A stretch of 64,000 nt of DNA from an uncultured virus (IMG/VR IMGVR_UViG_3300034102_001587) (taxonomy: Duplodnaviria > Heunggongvirae > Uroviricota > Caudoviricetes): the IMG/VR virus record IMGVR_UViG_3300034102_001587, positions 62,001 through 126,000 of that record; one strand, 5' to 3'. Both the position numbers and the translations under genes were made by a program. Numbering within the stretch: the stretch's first letter is position 1; each line of letters starts with the position of its first letter. The notes beneath the pieces were generated by a model, which saw only the letters and a list, made by a program, of their open reading frames with translations, did not search any database and was not told the origin of the DNA. Below, piece after piece: positions 40,001-46,714 of the stretch.

Positions 40001-42167
40001 TACAGCATACCTTGTCAATCCTGCCGGAACAAATAGTAGATTGAATTCTGTAAGATTAGATAATCCTAATTACACTCCATATCAAAACTATATAAATTCT
40101 GATAACGCACCAATCAAAACTTGGAATGGTGCTTTAGTTGCTGGCTCTGACTATTATGGAGCAAACACATACACTGTAATCGTAACCAATGTTCCGCAAG
40201 ATTCCTATATGATGGGAAGTTTCACCATTGATTGGTTTGAAAACTATGGTTCTACAAACGCAAAAACATCAATTCAATTAGGTGGTTATTGGAACGCCGA
40301 AAGTAATAGTGGATTTATTGGATGGGAGATGACAACATCAAACCCATACATCAGACCTCAGGTGCAAGTTGCTAGACAGAACTCAACAGGTAAAACTGCG
40401 ATAATTTTAACTCACTATTCTTCAAACTATTGCCAAATAGTAGCAAGAGACCTATTCTTAGGTTATAGTGGTGGTGATGAAAGTTATGGTCGTGGTTGGG
40501 AAATTAGACAGGAAAGTAGTTTAGGTGGATATTCAAACTTTGATACGGTAGTACTACGTTCAGCACCTGCTAGAGATGGTGATGGTGCAAGTGGTACATG
40601 GCCAATTAGTATTACTGGTAATTCCAATTACGCAGTGTACGCATCATATTTAAACGCAGCTCAAGACTCAGCAGATAAAGCAGATATATCAACTAGAACA
40701 AATAGTGGATTCTGGCAAACATCAGCTCCATCATCTGGTTGGTATCCTGGTGCAAGTAGCTGGCAACATTTATTATCGGTAACACATAGTAACCCTGGCA
40801 ACTACTACGCAATGCAGTTGGCGGCATCGTTCTTCTCACAAGGATTATGGTATCGTTCAACAAATGGTAGTGGTGGAACTGGATGGCAACAAATAGTAAC
40901 AAATAGTGGAACTTGGAGTATAAATGTAACCGGAAATGCAGGAAGTGCCGGTTCGGTGGCAGGTACATATGTTGCAAACTCTGGTGGTGGTACGGGATAT
41001 ATCAACGCAAATCAGATATTCAATAATATGGGTAATAACCATGGTGCATATACTGATTTTAATAGTATCGCAAACTTGGGTGTATATTATGTTCAGGGTA
41101 GTGGAAACGGACCTGGTACTGGTGGAGGTCAATACTATGGAATGACCTTAGGTTTGGGTAATGAATACGGATTCCAATACGCAACACAAATTGCATGGAA
41201 TAGAACTCCAACAGGTGGTAATCCATACATTTCATTCAGATTTAGAGAAGGTAGTTCGTGGGGTGGTTGGACAAGAGCATATGTAGGATACGCTGATAGT
41301 GCTGGTTCGGCTGGTACAACAGATCAAGTTACTGTATTTGATACCAGAAGTTCAGTACAAGGACCTCAAACTGGTAATAGAAGGGTTAGATTTGATTTCC
41401 TTCAAAACTCAACCGATGGTTTGGGTGATGGTGGTACATATCACGGTGTAATGACATTCCAACAATGGCCTGATTCATCTGGTGGCGGTACTCGTCAATT
41501 AGGATTTACCGATAATAACAATCTTTGGATTAGAGGTAGTGGTGGTGGATTATCATCATATGGTGGTTGGAAGTTAATATCAGATAGTGGTAACTCTGTA
41601 ACTTATACAGGTATCAAATACCATTTAACAAATAATGGTGGGCAAGCTGTAAACAATTCAAATAGTGCAATACTTCAAGCATATTCTACTGGTAATAACT
41701 CAGCATTCATGTCATTCCATAAAGGTGGTCATTACGCTATTAATATGGGATTGGATGATGATAACGTATTTAGAATAGGTGGATGGTCTGCAGGAGCTAA
41801 TAGATTTGTAATGGATATGAGTGGTAACTTGACAATGGCAGGTAACGTAACGGCATATTCTGATGTTAGATTAAAAGGTGAGATTGAAACAATACCAAAT
41901 GCTTTAGATAAAGTTAATAAATTAAGAGGTGTAACATTCGTAAGAACTGATAAAGATGGACCTACAGGAAAACAAATGGGTGTTATTGCACAAGAAATTA
42001 TGGATATTGTGCCTGAAGTTGTAAGTAAAGATAATCTTGGTATATATAATGTAGCATATGGTAACTTAGCAGGTTTGTTTATAGAATCTATTAAAGAATT
42101 GAAAGCTGACTTGGATAGTGCTAGAGCAGAAATAAAAGAGTTAAAAGAGCAACTATCTAAAAAGTAA
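28017..42167 (+). CDS. Giant long tail fibre with Gly-Ser-Ser tracts and a C-terminal intramolecular chaperone (peptidase S74) domain
   Basis: ~4716-aa ORF (ATG 28017). C-terminal YSDVRLK...GVIAQE...PEVV...VAYGNLAGLFIESIKEL plus a coiled coil is the S74 autocleaving chaperone signature. WPLEINLTNN segments resemble T-even-like fibre modules. Confidence 0.85.
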   Translation: MSFLGKNPNGLNQVSQSVIALTVDGIDQLSVSTSSVVINTSLNVRNSITASIISGSQITGSFSGSFVGDGKGITNISQINSGSNIINVSPNLINIVGNTQLTGSLNISSSISASLFKGDGSGLFNIPSDALGDLNKIKSGSAIAQISPNQGLQINVNTQISGGLGITGSEWISQNLVVGGDSRIVGNETILGNLAVGGRITSTELYTTFITSSVIFASGSTKFGDATNDKHEFTGSVAISGSFILSGSLNIQSSSLVDTNSQYVLVYNTTSGQVGFKYAAASSGTSGTSGTSGSSGSSGSSGTSGSSGTSGTSGSSGSSGSSGSSGSSGSSGSSGSSGSSGSSGSSGSGGSSGSSGSSGSSGTSGSGGSSGSSGSSGSSGTRGTSGSSGSSGSSGSTGSAGTSGSSGSSGSSGSSGSSGSSGSSGSSGSSGSSGQASGVKYNFTTSTTDVDPGTGVIAYNNGVIGSVSTLYIDNTDLSSNSLTAWFDGWDDSTTTSLRGTLTLASRDGGSVLNIFNVIGTVVVATGYYKIPVSYVSGTLPTNGAQLIINFVRTGNSGTSGSSGSSGSSGSGGSSGSSGSSGSSGSSGSSGSSGFGSSGSSGSSGSSGSSGSSGSGGSSGSSGSSGSSGSSGSGGSSGSSGSSGLGGASGSAGTSGSSGSSGTSGSSGTRGTSGSSGSSGSSGSSGSSGTPGSGGSSGTRGTSGSSGSSGSSGQAGSSGSSGSSGSSGVSGTGGSSGSSGSSGSSGSSGSSGSSGITGAGGSSGTSGSSGSSGSSGSSGTRGTSGSSGSSGSSGVSGAGGSSGSSGSSGSSGSSGSGGSSGSSGSSGSSGSSGGTGSSGSSGSSGSSGSSGSSGSSGSSGSSGQGGGIRYNFSTSTTDADPGTGTLVYNTATISSVGFIYIDNTDLSSNSLTAWFDSWDDSTTSTNRGQIVLASRDGGSVVNIFRVTGAVVVATGYYKIPVAYVSGTLPANGAQLIVQFSRSGDSGTSGSSGSSGSSGTRGTSGSSGSSGSSGSSGSSGSSGQSGSSGSSGSSGSSGSSGSSGSSGSSGSSGSSGSSGSSGQGGGIRYNFSTTITDTDPGTGIVKYNNGVIGSVSTIFIDNTDLGGNTLTAWYDTWDDSTTSTNRGYISLISRDSGTVVNVFRVNGAVVVATGYYKIPVAYISGTLPTNGAQLTVAFARSGDSGSSGSSGSSGSSGSSGTRGTSGSSGSSGSSGSSGSSGSSGSSGSSGSSGVSGSSGSSGSSGSSGSSGSSGTSGSSGSSGSSGSSGSSGSSGALSLTGTTDNGVITLNGSAPNGTVESNLTFDGTNLRVTGNTVITGNLTVSGTTTSINTQTLSTNDNIITLTGYATGSGAPINVDSGFEVVRNASPTRRFLWNEVNSRWASDANFYASGSITTTGGVFINADEGASSTVVFGNYERLVFNNSFSDVVRGPNKITTFNDGSAWIGGIGIHSDTQAYYAGGTHKWYKSTSQTAFTEQMNLDGSGNLNVLGNLVAAQVNTGQGLTEVHLMNQNVRTTDAVTFSTINTGQGVTEVHLMNQNIRTTDNVTFNQATITNGATVNGGRRVQGVSDGAVTALGATAYSGWYRIARSGLATAGNGLRGAAKVTVTSNGGFIAPAQDVIKLYKDWTTTALIGTVENYLGGLFTQFRVTMDADYAYLEGFLTSINLGGSSSWIVYVENYGLNPNQWTAYTENLTAGLGSPVASYTLAKINNGFTTPALSVAGNITLGGTIDTGQGATEVYLMNQNVRTTDDVTFNDLTLNGGDLFLSNGTSNRIVYNTNGVAAPTFTTRSAGTKMVLYSEIGASSVDYALGIEGNTMWYSVPVAGAARFFRWYGGTTNIATLDSAGKFTLVGNTATGIANNSFNVARTTLGTIHIANGGGTSGNNNQAAITFQGDTSTQAQAGIYVSNNSSSGTAMGFATTDSYGTGPQLFLTATNAGAVNFPRAIPTAQGTSLVTNNGGQWNIRAYPRRSDGTNVDFIYSAQSGQPTYVWGTNDGTNFYVWNPSNFSVTSATNASNVASGDVTSIGLNAAWTLPGTSISNGFRVYRYSDSATNKPASVDNANWLINIYSHPTGGTASYGHQLAATDNESIYFRSVINGSFGTWRTFLHSGNFNSYAPTLTGGGASGTWSINITGTAASETLATVTGRGATTSTLVYFNGAESIRVYGIRGQFTNEYMHLYNKVGIGHPGGWGQGEGNTPNTGLSTYGAVNLSYAAATNNTVLGSWNIDGSTINSTNDATLYVTATNNNDWGVVVNKYNGSASEYGLEVRVGAGASYGYSLLGNGTRWFYVSGIGDIYNDAIYDRSDTSYRLVYEGASRISRLNLNNARTSSSQRWPVGHFDVGEAVFEMDPTWTNDQLQAYFNSSNVSWVSDSTAPGGYAISIVGAVNVGGGYNSGFPYIAIDQDDVYYMECWIRNVSGTNGHYMGSMEYNESFGSPAGGQGNPGSFGYWVMSNTNPGTSWTKVTGYIGGFGGSVGQFEVGAKYWTPQALFNYTGGGTCYISGWKIIKVSVPANRTFRNEVTVNGTLNPNGQIQIRNTSPTITFRDTDHATGFIHVNSNIFYILRGNTDVGNGSWNTVGSGWWPLEINLTNNNAQFGGTVTAFYDVVAQRFVDRDSPGYILDPASTSNLNILETRGVVVNRDANTATATAGYLSFWTGNGTTSRAQFVRTDQLYGTHGAVTNQYAQYWLMDTTNRGWIFRYATSDTAGTNVFSIRNNDGRTTIGTSFSAGAGTRAQLNVSAGTGGTTQWRDIDIQGSWSAGEEHAITATHGSALGNIVGQMVFRHDSPGSRIRWGRLYASGDQSNYPMELISNNSGTGARLEMNVGSMRAPLFEDYDNVAYFLDLNAAASAWNRSLRTLGSITFSDDYTQYKGSMSTDDNWPLCTAPARIYTIGTLNAGGGNSSKIEIEVWGSHRGYTTTSYIEYKKWIVWVGDRISSNLVMSAGSQSNVGLWNGTNANGLLGINGDHVAAGWVLRLIVNPTCGAGVAYTVKVSYANLNMTHGPFSFTTTTAASIPLAPYHVSGTTATFPNGASVNGTFNLDSATVNNLSMTGNFQIRNTEPTITFRDTNHNTAYIHVNSNIFYVLRAGNDSAHGSWSTVNGYWPLEINLTNNNATFGANVTAINDMSAERFVDRNDPTYFINPAGDSITNGAFRTGNFLGMRTSYTFIPSSWARGSGTFMIGSSQNSDGTGWAYGTRLASVDYGDGLGLSFDPLYAGPTFYNNALFISGRSGRIGRIGMGGVTAPDYALHVAGTIYSDTEVRAPIFRDADGTGYFANFADTGTSINIAGSVNAATYNKPAILVNSSGTASSGAAFAIQQVTGEGWTGIFVDYEPYTGWGLYHDNPSNYFLITSEGSTGAIGGGITVPSRSSGNRTAYVKHRFDQNNGDLLVGGDLTVYGGDINIQKSGNYSYINFAAQSNDPGYIWHYESSNTARMFFSVSDDDGTNDYFGFGFSGDNQRLIIYSSGRLDAPIMYDRSNTSFYVDPASTSNLGELQINSQLTLSTPGAANSVGNINALWGMQKPMGYKIYWDEEFRYGSNSINIYNNNGGSAVTHTRRNSSFADGHSGPPNSSGYVIEIMHAPTTSAGTSPGYGGWYFATYTGPANRRLLCIFRMKIPSGRSVEWASNSIGSGGSARWLTSNAGTGQYQDYAFMVHSGNASWSSTHFFYIVGGSSATFYTYLASATVYDCSSLSEEGAMTYYAGESMRAPIFYDQDNTTYRVDPTGNSRMGRDIYVEGNTGGSFGNRVIVGATSTPYTLQDGNQRPTVYLRGNYPVLTLDHTVTSNTNHGPTIQFAHNGLSNRQWLVGTTGDGISMDIGFSNSSLGNSDFNPHNGIAGYLGTTFMRFRENGTIGLGSNGDWGAIGGGDPSYPLEFRGTHLNSHAALFRNNTNASNGAGFIFVSTYGNHSWGIVSEFRIDGTGGDRPSILFSQGYSGTTWSVGFGYNDDNFRIKQNHGHRNGGWGTDRFTIDTGGTGYFFGELQANQFTDRENTAYLVNPAGTNSRLNSVRLDNPNYTPYQNYINSDNAPIKTWNGALVAGSDYYGANTYTVIVTNVPQDSYMMGSFTIDWFENYGSTNAKTSIQLGGYWNAESNSGFIGWEMTTSNPYIRPQVQVARQNSTGKTAIILTHYSSNYCQIVARDLFLGYSGGDESYGRGWEIRQESSLGGYSNFDTVVLRSAPARDGDGASGTWPISITGNSNYAVYASYLNAAQDSADKADISTRTNSGFWQTSAPSSGWYPGASSWQHLLSVTHSNPGNYYAMQLAASFFSQGLWYRSTNGSGGTGWQQIVTNSGTWSINVTGNAGSAGSVAGTYVANSGGGTGYINANQIFNNMGNNHGAYTDFNSIANLGVYYVQGSGNGPGTGGGQYYGMTLGLGNEYGFQYATQIAWNRTPTGGNPYISFRFREGSSWGGWTRAYVGYADSAGSAGTTDQVTVFDTRSSVQGPQTGNRRVRFDFLQNSTDGLGDGGTYHGVMTFQQWPDSSGGGTRQLGFTDNNNLWIRGSGGGLSSYGGWKLISDSGNSVTYTGIKYHLTNNGGQAVNNSNSAILQAYSTGNNSAFMSFHKGGHYAINMGLDDDNVFRIGGWSAGANRFVMDMSGNLTMAGNVTAYSDVRLKGEIETIPNALDKVNKLRGVTFVRTDKDGPTGKQMGVIAQEIMDIVPEVVSKDNLGIYNVAYGNLAGLFIESIKELKADLDSARAEIKELKEQLSKK
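28866..31835 (+). repeat. Four (Gly-Ser-Ser)n blocks separated by three copies of a ~120-aa globular domain
   Basis: Domain copies (G(V/I)(K/R)YNF(T/S)T.TTD.DPGTG...ATGYYKIPV.Y.SGTLP.NGAQL) at about 29325-29680, 30605-30960 and 31200-31555. Confidence 0.9.
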
Positions 42168-42176
42168 AATGAGTTA

Positions 42177-42184
42177 TATTTATT
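42177..42184 (+). promoter_or_regulatory. TATTTATT candidate late promoter
   Basis: Recurrent motif, 21 nt before ATG 42206. Confidence 0.45.
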
Positions 42185-42205
42185 TACAAAGAAAATATTA
42201 TTAGT

Positions 42206-42583
42206 ATGGCAAACACATATACATGGGAATTAAAGAGTTTAAGAAAAATGAACTCGGGTAGTTACGATAACATTATTTTTGGAACTACATGGGCAGTAAC
42301 AGCTACAGATGAAGATGGCGTAACAGGTACTTTTTCTGGAGCAACACCTTTTAGAGCAGATGAAATAAATCCTGACGAATTTGTACCATATAGTCAATTG
42401 AATGAGGAAATAGTATTAAATTGGATAAAGTATTCAGTAAGTGAATCGGCAGTAAATTCTTATTGGCCCCACATAGAAGGACAAATCCAAAAACAAATAA
42501 ATGATACAAAATTCCAAGTATCTACTGTTGATTATATGAATTTCCCTTGGACTCCATCGGGTTCTGGAACACCAACACCATAA
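42206..42583 (+). CDS. Conserved phage protein following the S74 tail fibre
   Basis: 125 aa; MANTYTWEL...FVPYSQLNEEIVLNWI...PW, a type often found right after long fibre genes. Confidence 0.7.
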   Translation: MANTYTWELKSLRKMNSGSYDNIIFGTTWAVTATDEDGVTGTFSGATPFRADEINPDEFVPYSQLNEEIVLNWIKYSVSESAVNSYWPHIEGQIQKQINDTKFQVSTVDYMNFPWTPSGSGTPTP

Positions 42584-42605
42584 ATTTATTAGATATTTTA
42601 ATAGT

Positions 42606-42660
42606 AAATGTTCAAAGCATGGATTTAATAATAGATTTGTGTTTTGAACATTTTCTTTAT
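42606..42660 (+). terminator. 22-bp RNA hairpin with 5 G-U pairs followed by a U-rich tail (terminator or processing site)
   Basis: 42606-42627 pairs with 42632-42653 without bulges when G-U pairs are allowed; 4-nt loop. Confidence 0.6.
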
Positions 42661-42667
42661 ATTTATA
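42660..42667 (+). promoter_or_regulatory. TATTTATA candidate late promoter for the sheath gene
   Basis: Directly follows the hairpin and lies upstream of ATG 42726. Confidence 0.5.
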
Positions 42668-42725
42668 TAGGTAATTTGGTATTATAACCAAAACAACACA
42701 TTAAATAACAAATCGGAGAAATAAA

Positions 42726-45074
42726 ATGGCAGAAAGAATTGTATCACCTGGTGTATTCACAAGAGAAAATGACCTATCCTTCTTAGCGCAAGGAATTGGT
42801 GAAATCGGAGCAGCATTTATAGGACCTTTCAAAGAAGGACCTGCATTTGTTCCAACTATTGTGAGAAGTCGTTCAGAGTTTAACGAAATATTCGGAACTC
42901 CTGATGGCACATATTATACTGATTATGCAGTAGAAAACTATTTAAGAGAAGCTGGAACAGCAACTATCGTAAGGGTAGCAGGTGTTGGTGGATACCAACA
43001 ATTGGCACCTTTGGGTATTTTGGTATCTGGTTCTACTAAAGGTAGTGGTCCAAAATTAGTAGCAACACTTCACTCAACTCAAGCGGGTGATGAAGGTGTT
43101 GGATTTGCGGTAGCATCTACAAGCGTTTCATCTAGTTTAGATGGAAGTGGAAACTTTGTATTACATGGTATAGTTCAATCCGGTTCTTCTGCACAAGCAG
43201 CTATTTCTTGTTCAATTTTAGAAACATCTACAGCTGATGTTGTTGATGTTTTTGGTACATCTCCTTTTGGCGCTAAAAAGGCATATGCATATACATACTT
43301 TAGTGATATAGCAGCAGACTTTACTGGTTCTGGTGATAATGGTACAAATATTTCTGTAATAAGTGAATTAAATCTACCAACGCAAGATTTTGCATATGAT
43401 GCACAAGTAGCATCTACACCTTGGGTTAAATCTCAAAAAGACCAAAACGATAGTAGATATGACCTTTTCCGTTTCCATACAATTGGACATGGTAATGGAT
43501 ACAATACTAAATTTAAAGTTGGTATTTCTAATGTGAAGGCAGCTGGTGAAGATGGTTCAACTGATTACGCAACTTTCACTGTAACTGTACGTTCATTTGG
43601 TGATACTGATAAGAGAAAGAGTGTAATTGAAACTTATAACAATGTAAACTTAGACCCTGCATCTCCAAACTATATCGCTAAGAGAATTGGTGATAGATAT
43701 TTCACTGTAGATACTGCAGGAAAGATTACTGAATATGGTGATTACTCTAACAAATCAAAATATATTAGAGTTGAAGTATCTGAGCAAGGTTCATTCCCAA
43801 TCTCAGCAGCACCATTCGGACATGCAGCATATATAAATCCAATTAAAACTAATAACACAACTGAAGATGGTTATGTACCTGCAGTTGTTTACCAAACTGG
43901 TTCAGCAAATAACACATCATCATCTCCTGTATATTATGCTGGTTTTGATTTTGAAACAGCTGATATAGCAGTTGATAATAAAAACTATCTTAAACCAATT
44001 CCTGATGGAGCTGGTACTGGTGCAAACGTATTGTTCGCATTCGATTCTCAATTAACTTATCAAATGACCGGTTCGGCATCATCTGATATGGTTAAGAGAC
44101 AATTTGTGTTAGGATTCCAAAGAGGTTTTGATGGTGTAAATCCAACTTTATCAGTTAATTTAGGTTCAAATATAGCAGCAGCAAATACACAAGGTTTGAA
44201 TTGTTCTACTTCAACATCATCTGGTTCGGTAGCTTATAACAAAGCAATTGCAGCAATTTCAAACGCCGATGAGTATGATATTAATATGGTTGTAACACCT
44301 GGTATCATCAGAAGATTACACCCAGCAATTACTACAAATGTAATTGATATGGTTGAAGATAGACAAGATTGTTTCTATATTGCAGATTTCAACGCAATTG
44401 ATGATACAATAACTGAAGCAACTGAGCAAGCAAATTCAGTAGATTCAAACTATGTAGGTACTTATTATCCTTGGGTTAAGACGGTAGATACAAATACAAA
44501 TAAATTAATCTCTGTTCCACCATCAGTATTGTTACCGGCTGTTTACGCAGCAAACGATAGATTGGCAGCAGAATGGTTCGCACCTGCTGGTTTGAATAGA
44601 GGTGGTATCACTGGAGCAGTTAGTGTGTTGAATAGATTAACGCACGCTGAAAGAGATACTCTATATGAGAACAAAGTAAATCCAATAGCAGCATTCCCTG
44701 GGCAAGGTATTGTAGCATTCGGACAAAAGACATTGCAAGATAAGGCTTCAGCATTAGATAGAATCAACGTAAGAAGATTACTTATCACTGTTAAGAAGTT
44801 TATAGCATCTACATCTCGTTTCTTAGTATTCGAACAAAATACTTCTACAACAAGAGCTAGATTCTTAAACACTGTAAACCCTTACTTAGAAGCAATTCAA
44901 CAAAGACAAGGTTTGTACGCATTCAGAGTTGTTATGGATGAAACCAATAACACACCTGATGTAATTGATAGAAACATATTAGCTGGACAGATATTCCTAC
45001 AACCGGCGAAGACTGCAGAATTCATAGTAATTGATTTCAACATTCTTCCAACTGGAGCATCTTTTAACGCTTAA
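42726..45074 (+). CDS. Contractile tail sheath protein (T4 gp18-like)
   Basis: N-terminal SPGVFTREND; C-terminal YYPWV...VPPS...WFAPAGLNRG...RINVRRL...FEQN...QPAKTAEFI sheath signature. Confidence 0.95.
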   Translation: MAERIVSPGVFTRENDLSFLAQGIGEIGAAFIGPFKEGPAFVPTIVRSRSEFNEIFGTPDGTYYTDYAVENYLREAGTATIVRVAGVGGYQQLAPLGILVSGSTKGSGPKLVATLHSTQAGDEGVGFAVASTSVSSSLDGSGNFVLHGIVQSGSSAQAAISCSILETSTADVVDVFGTSPFGAKKAYAYTYFSDIAADFTGSGDNGTNISVISELNLPTQDFAYDAQVASTPWVKSQKDQNDSRYDLFRFHTIGHGNGYNTKFKVGISNVKAAGEDGSTDYATFTVTVRSFGDTDKRKSVIETYNNVNLDPASPNYIAKRIGDRYFTVDTAGKITEYGDYSNKSKYIRVEVSEQGSFPISAAPFGHAAYINPIKTNNTTEDGYVPAVVYQTGSANNTSSSPVYYAGFDFETADIAVDNKNYLKPIPDGAGTGANVLFAFDSQLTYQMTGSASSDMVKRQFVLGFQRGFDGVNPTLSVNLGSNIAAANTQGLNCSTSTSSGSVAYNKAIAAISNADEYDINMVVTPGIIRRLHPAITTNVIDMVEDRQDCFYIADFNAIDDTITEATEQANSVDSNYVGTYYPWVKTVDTNTNKLISVPPSVLLPAVYAANDRLAAEWFAPAGLNRGGITGAVSVLNRLTHAERDTLYENKVNPIAAFPGQGIVAFGQKTLQDKASALDRINVRRLLITVKKFIASTSRFLVFEQNTSTTRARFLNTVNPYLEAIQQRQGLYAFRVVMDETNNTPDVIDRNILAGQIFLQPAKTAEFIVIDFNILPTGASFNA

Positions 45075-45095
45075 TATGAATTTGAAGCAAACTGA

Positions 45096-45103
45096 TATTT
45101 ATT
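45096..45103 (+). promoter_or_regulatory. TATTTATT candidate late promoter for the tube gene
   Basis: Recurrent motif, 24 nt before ATG 45128. Confidence 0.5.
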
Positions 45104-45127
45104 AATATAAAATAAAAGGAAAATAAA

Positions 45128-45616
45128 ATGGCAGAGATACTAGAGTTTGATAAGATGTTCTATACGAACTTCGAACCTAAGATGAAGAATCGTTATGTGA
45201 TGGAGATTGACAATATTCCATCATATATGGTAAAGGCAGCAGCAAGACCTTCAATTCAATTTGAGCCTGTTGTATTAGACCACATCAACATCAAAAGAAA
45301 ATTGCAAGGAAAAGGTGAGTGGCAAGATATTACCATTACACTTTATGACCCAATTGTACCATCTGGTGCACAAGCGGTAATGGAGTGGGTACGTTTAGGA
45401 CACGAATCTGTAACTGGTAGACGTGGATACGCAGATTTCTATAAAAAAGATATAGATTTCTATATGTTAGGACCAGTTGGTGATAAGATTGAGCAGTGGA
45501 AGTTAAAAGGTGCATTTATCTTATCTGCAAACTTTGGTGATGTTGCATTTGATTCTAACGAACCTGCAACTATTGAATTAACATTGGCTTACGATTACGC
45601 AATTCTTGAATTCTAA
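45128..45616 (+). CDS. Tail tube protein (T4 gp19-like)
   Basis: 162 aa directly after the sheath gene; GKGEWQDITITLYD...WKLKGAF...IELTLAYDYA. Confidence 0.9.
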   Translation: MAEILEFDKMFYTNFEPKMKNRYVMEIDNIPSYMVKAAARPSIQFEPVVLDHINIKRKLQGKGEWQDITITLYDPIVPSGAQAVMEWVRLGHESVTGRRGYADFYKKDIDFYMLGPVGDKIEQWKLKGAFILSANFGDVAFDSNEPATIELTLAYDYAILEF

Positions 45617-45637
45617 TCTAAGAAAAACTATAAAAAT

Positions 45638-45670
45638 AAAGGGATACCCAAAAAGTATCCCTTTTTTATT
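45638..45670 (+). terminator. Rho-independent terminator
   Basis: Perfect 10-bp stem aaagggatac / gtatcccttt with a 7-nt loop, followed by a T-run. Confidence 0.85.
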
Positions 45671-45691
45671 TTCAATTTTTTTGAATTAATG

Positions 45692-45699
45692 TATTTATA
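45692..45699 (+). promoter_or_regulatory. TATTTATA candidate late promoter
   Basis: Follows the terminator; 21 nt before ATG 45721. Confidence 0.55.
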
Positions 45700-45720
45700 T
45701 ATACAAAAACAACTTTAGTT

Positions 45721-46491
45721 ATGGCAGAAAACAAATTTGATTTTCCTACGGAAGTAATTGAACTTCCATCAAAAGGATTAGCATATCCAGAAGGTCATCC
45801 ACTTAGAAAGGGAACAGTGGAAATTAAGTATATGACCGCAAGAGAAGAAGATATTCTTGCTTCTCAAAACCTTATTAAAAAAGGTATAGTATTAGATAAA
45901 TTGTTCGAATCGGTTCTTGTTGAACCAGGTGTAAATCCGAATGATGTACTGATTGGTGACAAAAATGCAATACTCTTAGCAACACGTATTTTAGGATATG
46001 GTGCAGATTATGAAGTTGAAATGGTAGACCCATTTTCAATGGAAAAGCAAAAAGTAGTAATTGATTTGGGTAAAGTTAAAACCAAAGATACTGATGAAGA
46101 TTTACTTAATGGTAATAACCAATATAAATTTATTTGTCCAACATCCAAAAAACAATTGGAATTTAAGTTATTAAATCATGGTGATGAGCAAGAAATAACA
46201 AAAGAAATTCAAGCATTAGAAAAATTAAATAAAAACGCTTCTACTGCGTTTGATGTAACAACTCGTTTAAAATATATGATTTTATCCGTTGATGGAAACA
46301 AAGATAGAGGATATATAAACAGATGGGTTGCAAATGAATTTTTAGCAAGAGATACAAAAGCTTTTAGAACATATGTAAAGAGTATTTCACCTGATTTAGA
46401 TTTAACATTCAACTTTACATCAGAGGTTACTGGCGAAACGGAGGCGCTGGACATCCCATTTGGGGTTTCCTTTTTTTACCCTACCGTCTGA
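45721..46491 (+). CDS. Tail assembly chaperone / baseplate hub assembly protein (T4 gp26-like)
   Basis: IELPSKG...MTAREEDIL...GDKNAILLATRILGYG; located between the tube and tape measure genes. Confidence 0.75.
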   Translation: MAENKFDFPTEVIELPSKGLAYPEGHPLRKGTVEIKYMTAREEDILASQNLIKKGIVLDKLFESVLVEPGVNPNDVLIGDKNAILLATRILGYGADYEVEMVDPFSMEKQKVVIDLGKVKTKDTDEDLLNGNNQYKFICPTSKKQLEFKLLNHGDEQEITKEIQALEKLNKNASTAFDVTTRLKYMILSVDGNKDRGYINRWVANEFLARDTKAFRTYVKSISPDLDLTFNFTSEVTGETEALDIPFGVSFFYPTV

Positions 46492-46690
46492 TTATAAAAT
46501 TCAACTTCATAACCAAATTTGGGAAATGGTTCAATTTGGTAATGGATTTACTTGGTCAGAAGTTTATTTTATGCCAACCTACCTTCGTAAATTTTATTTC
46601 AATAAGTTAGTTGAATTTAAGAAAAAAGAAGCAGAACAGGCCAAACAGGCCCAATCTAAAATGAAAACACCTAAAGTGAGGATGCGTTAA
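46460..46690 (+). CDS. Overlapping +1-frame ORF; probable frameshift extension of the tail chaperone (G/GT-like)
   Basis: Overlaps the upstream gene across TCC TTT TTT TAC (T7 run 46471-46477). Only a TTG start. The product (FTWSEVYFMPTYLRKFYF) resembles T-segment chaperone peptides. Confidence 0.65.
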   Translation: MGFPFFTLPSDYKIQLHNQIWEMVQFGNGFTWSEVYFMPTYLRKFYFNKLVEFKKKEAEQAKQAQSKMKTPKVRMR

Positions 46691-46709
46691 TATCCTCACT
46701 TTTTTATTT
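46673..46709 (+). terminator. Rho-independent terminator overlapping the stop of the frameshift ORF
   Basis: Perfect 11-bp stem aaagtgaggat / atcctcacttt followed by a T-run. Confidence 0.8.
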
Positions 46710-46714
46710 GCCAA

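Noticed and set aside
25915..42167. Diversity-generating retroelement or invertible shufflon acting on the fibre tips
   Set aside because: No reverse transcriptase, recombinase, inverted cassette or adenine-specific TR/VR pair was seen in this window.
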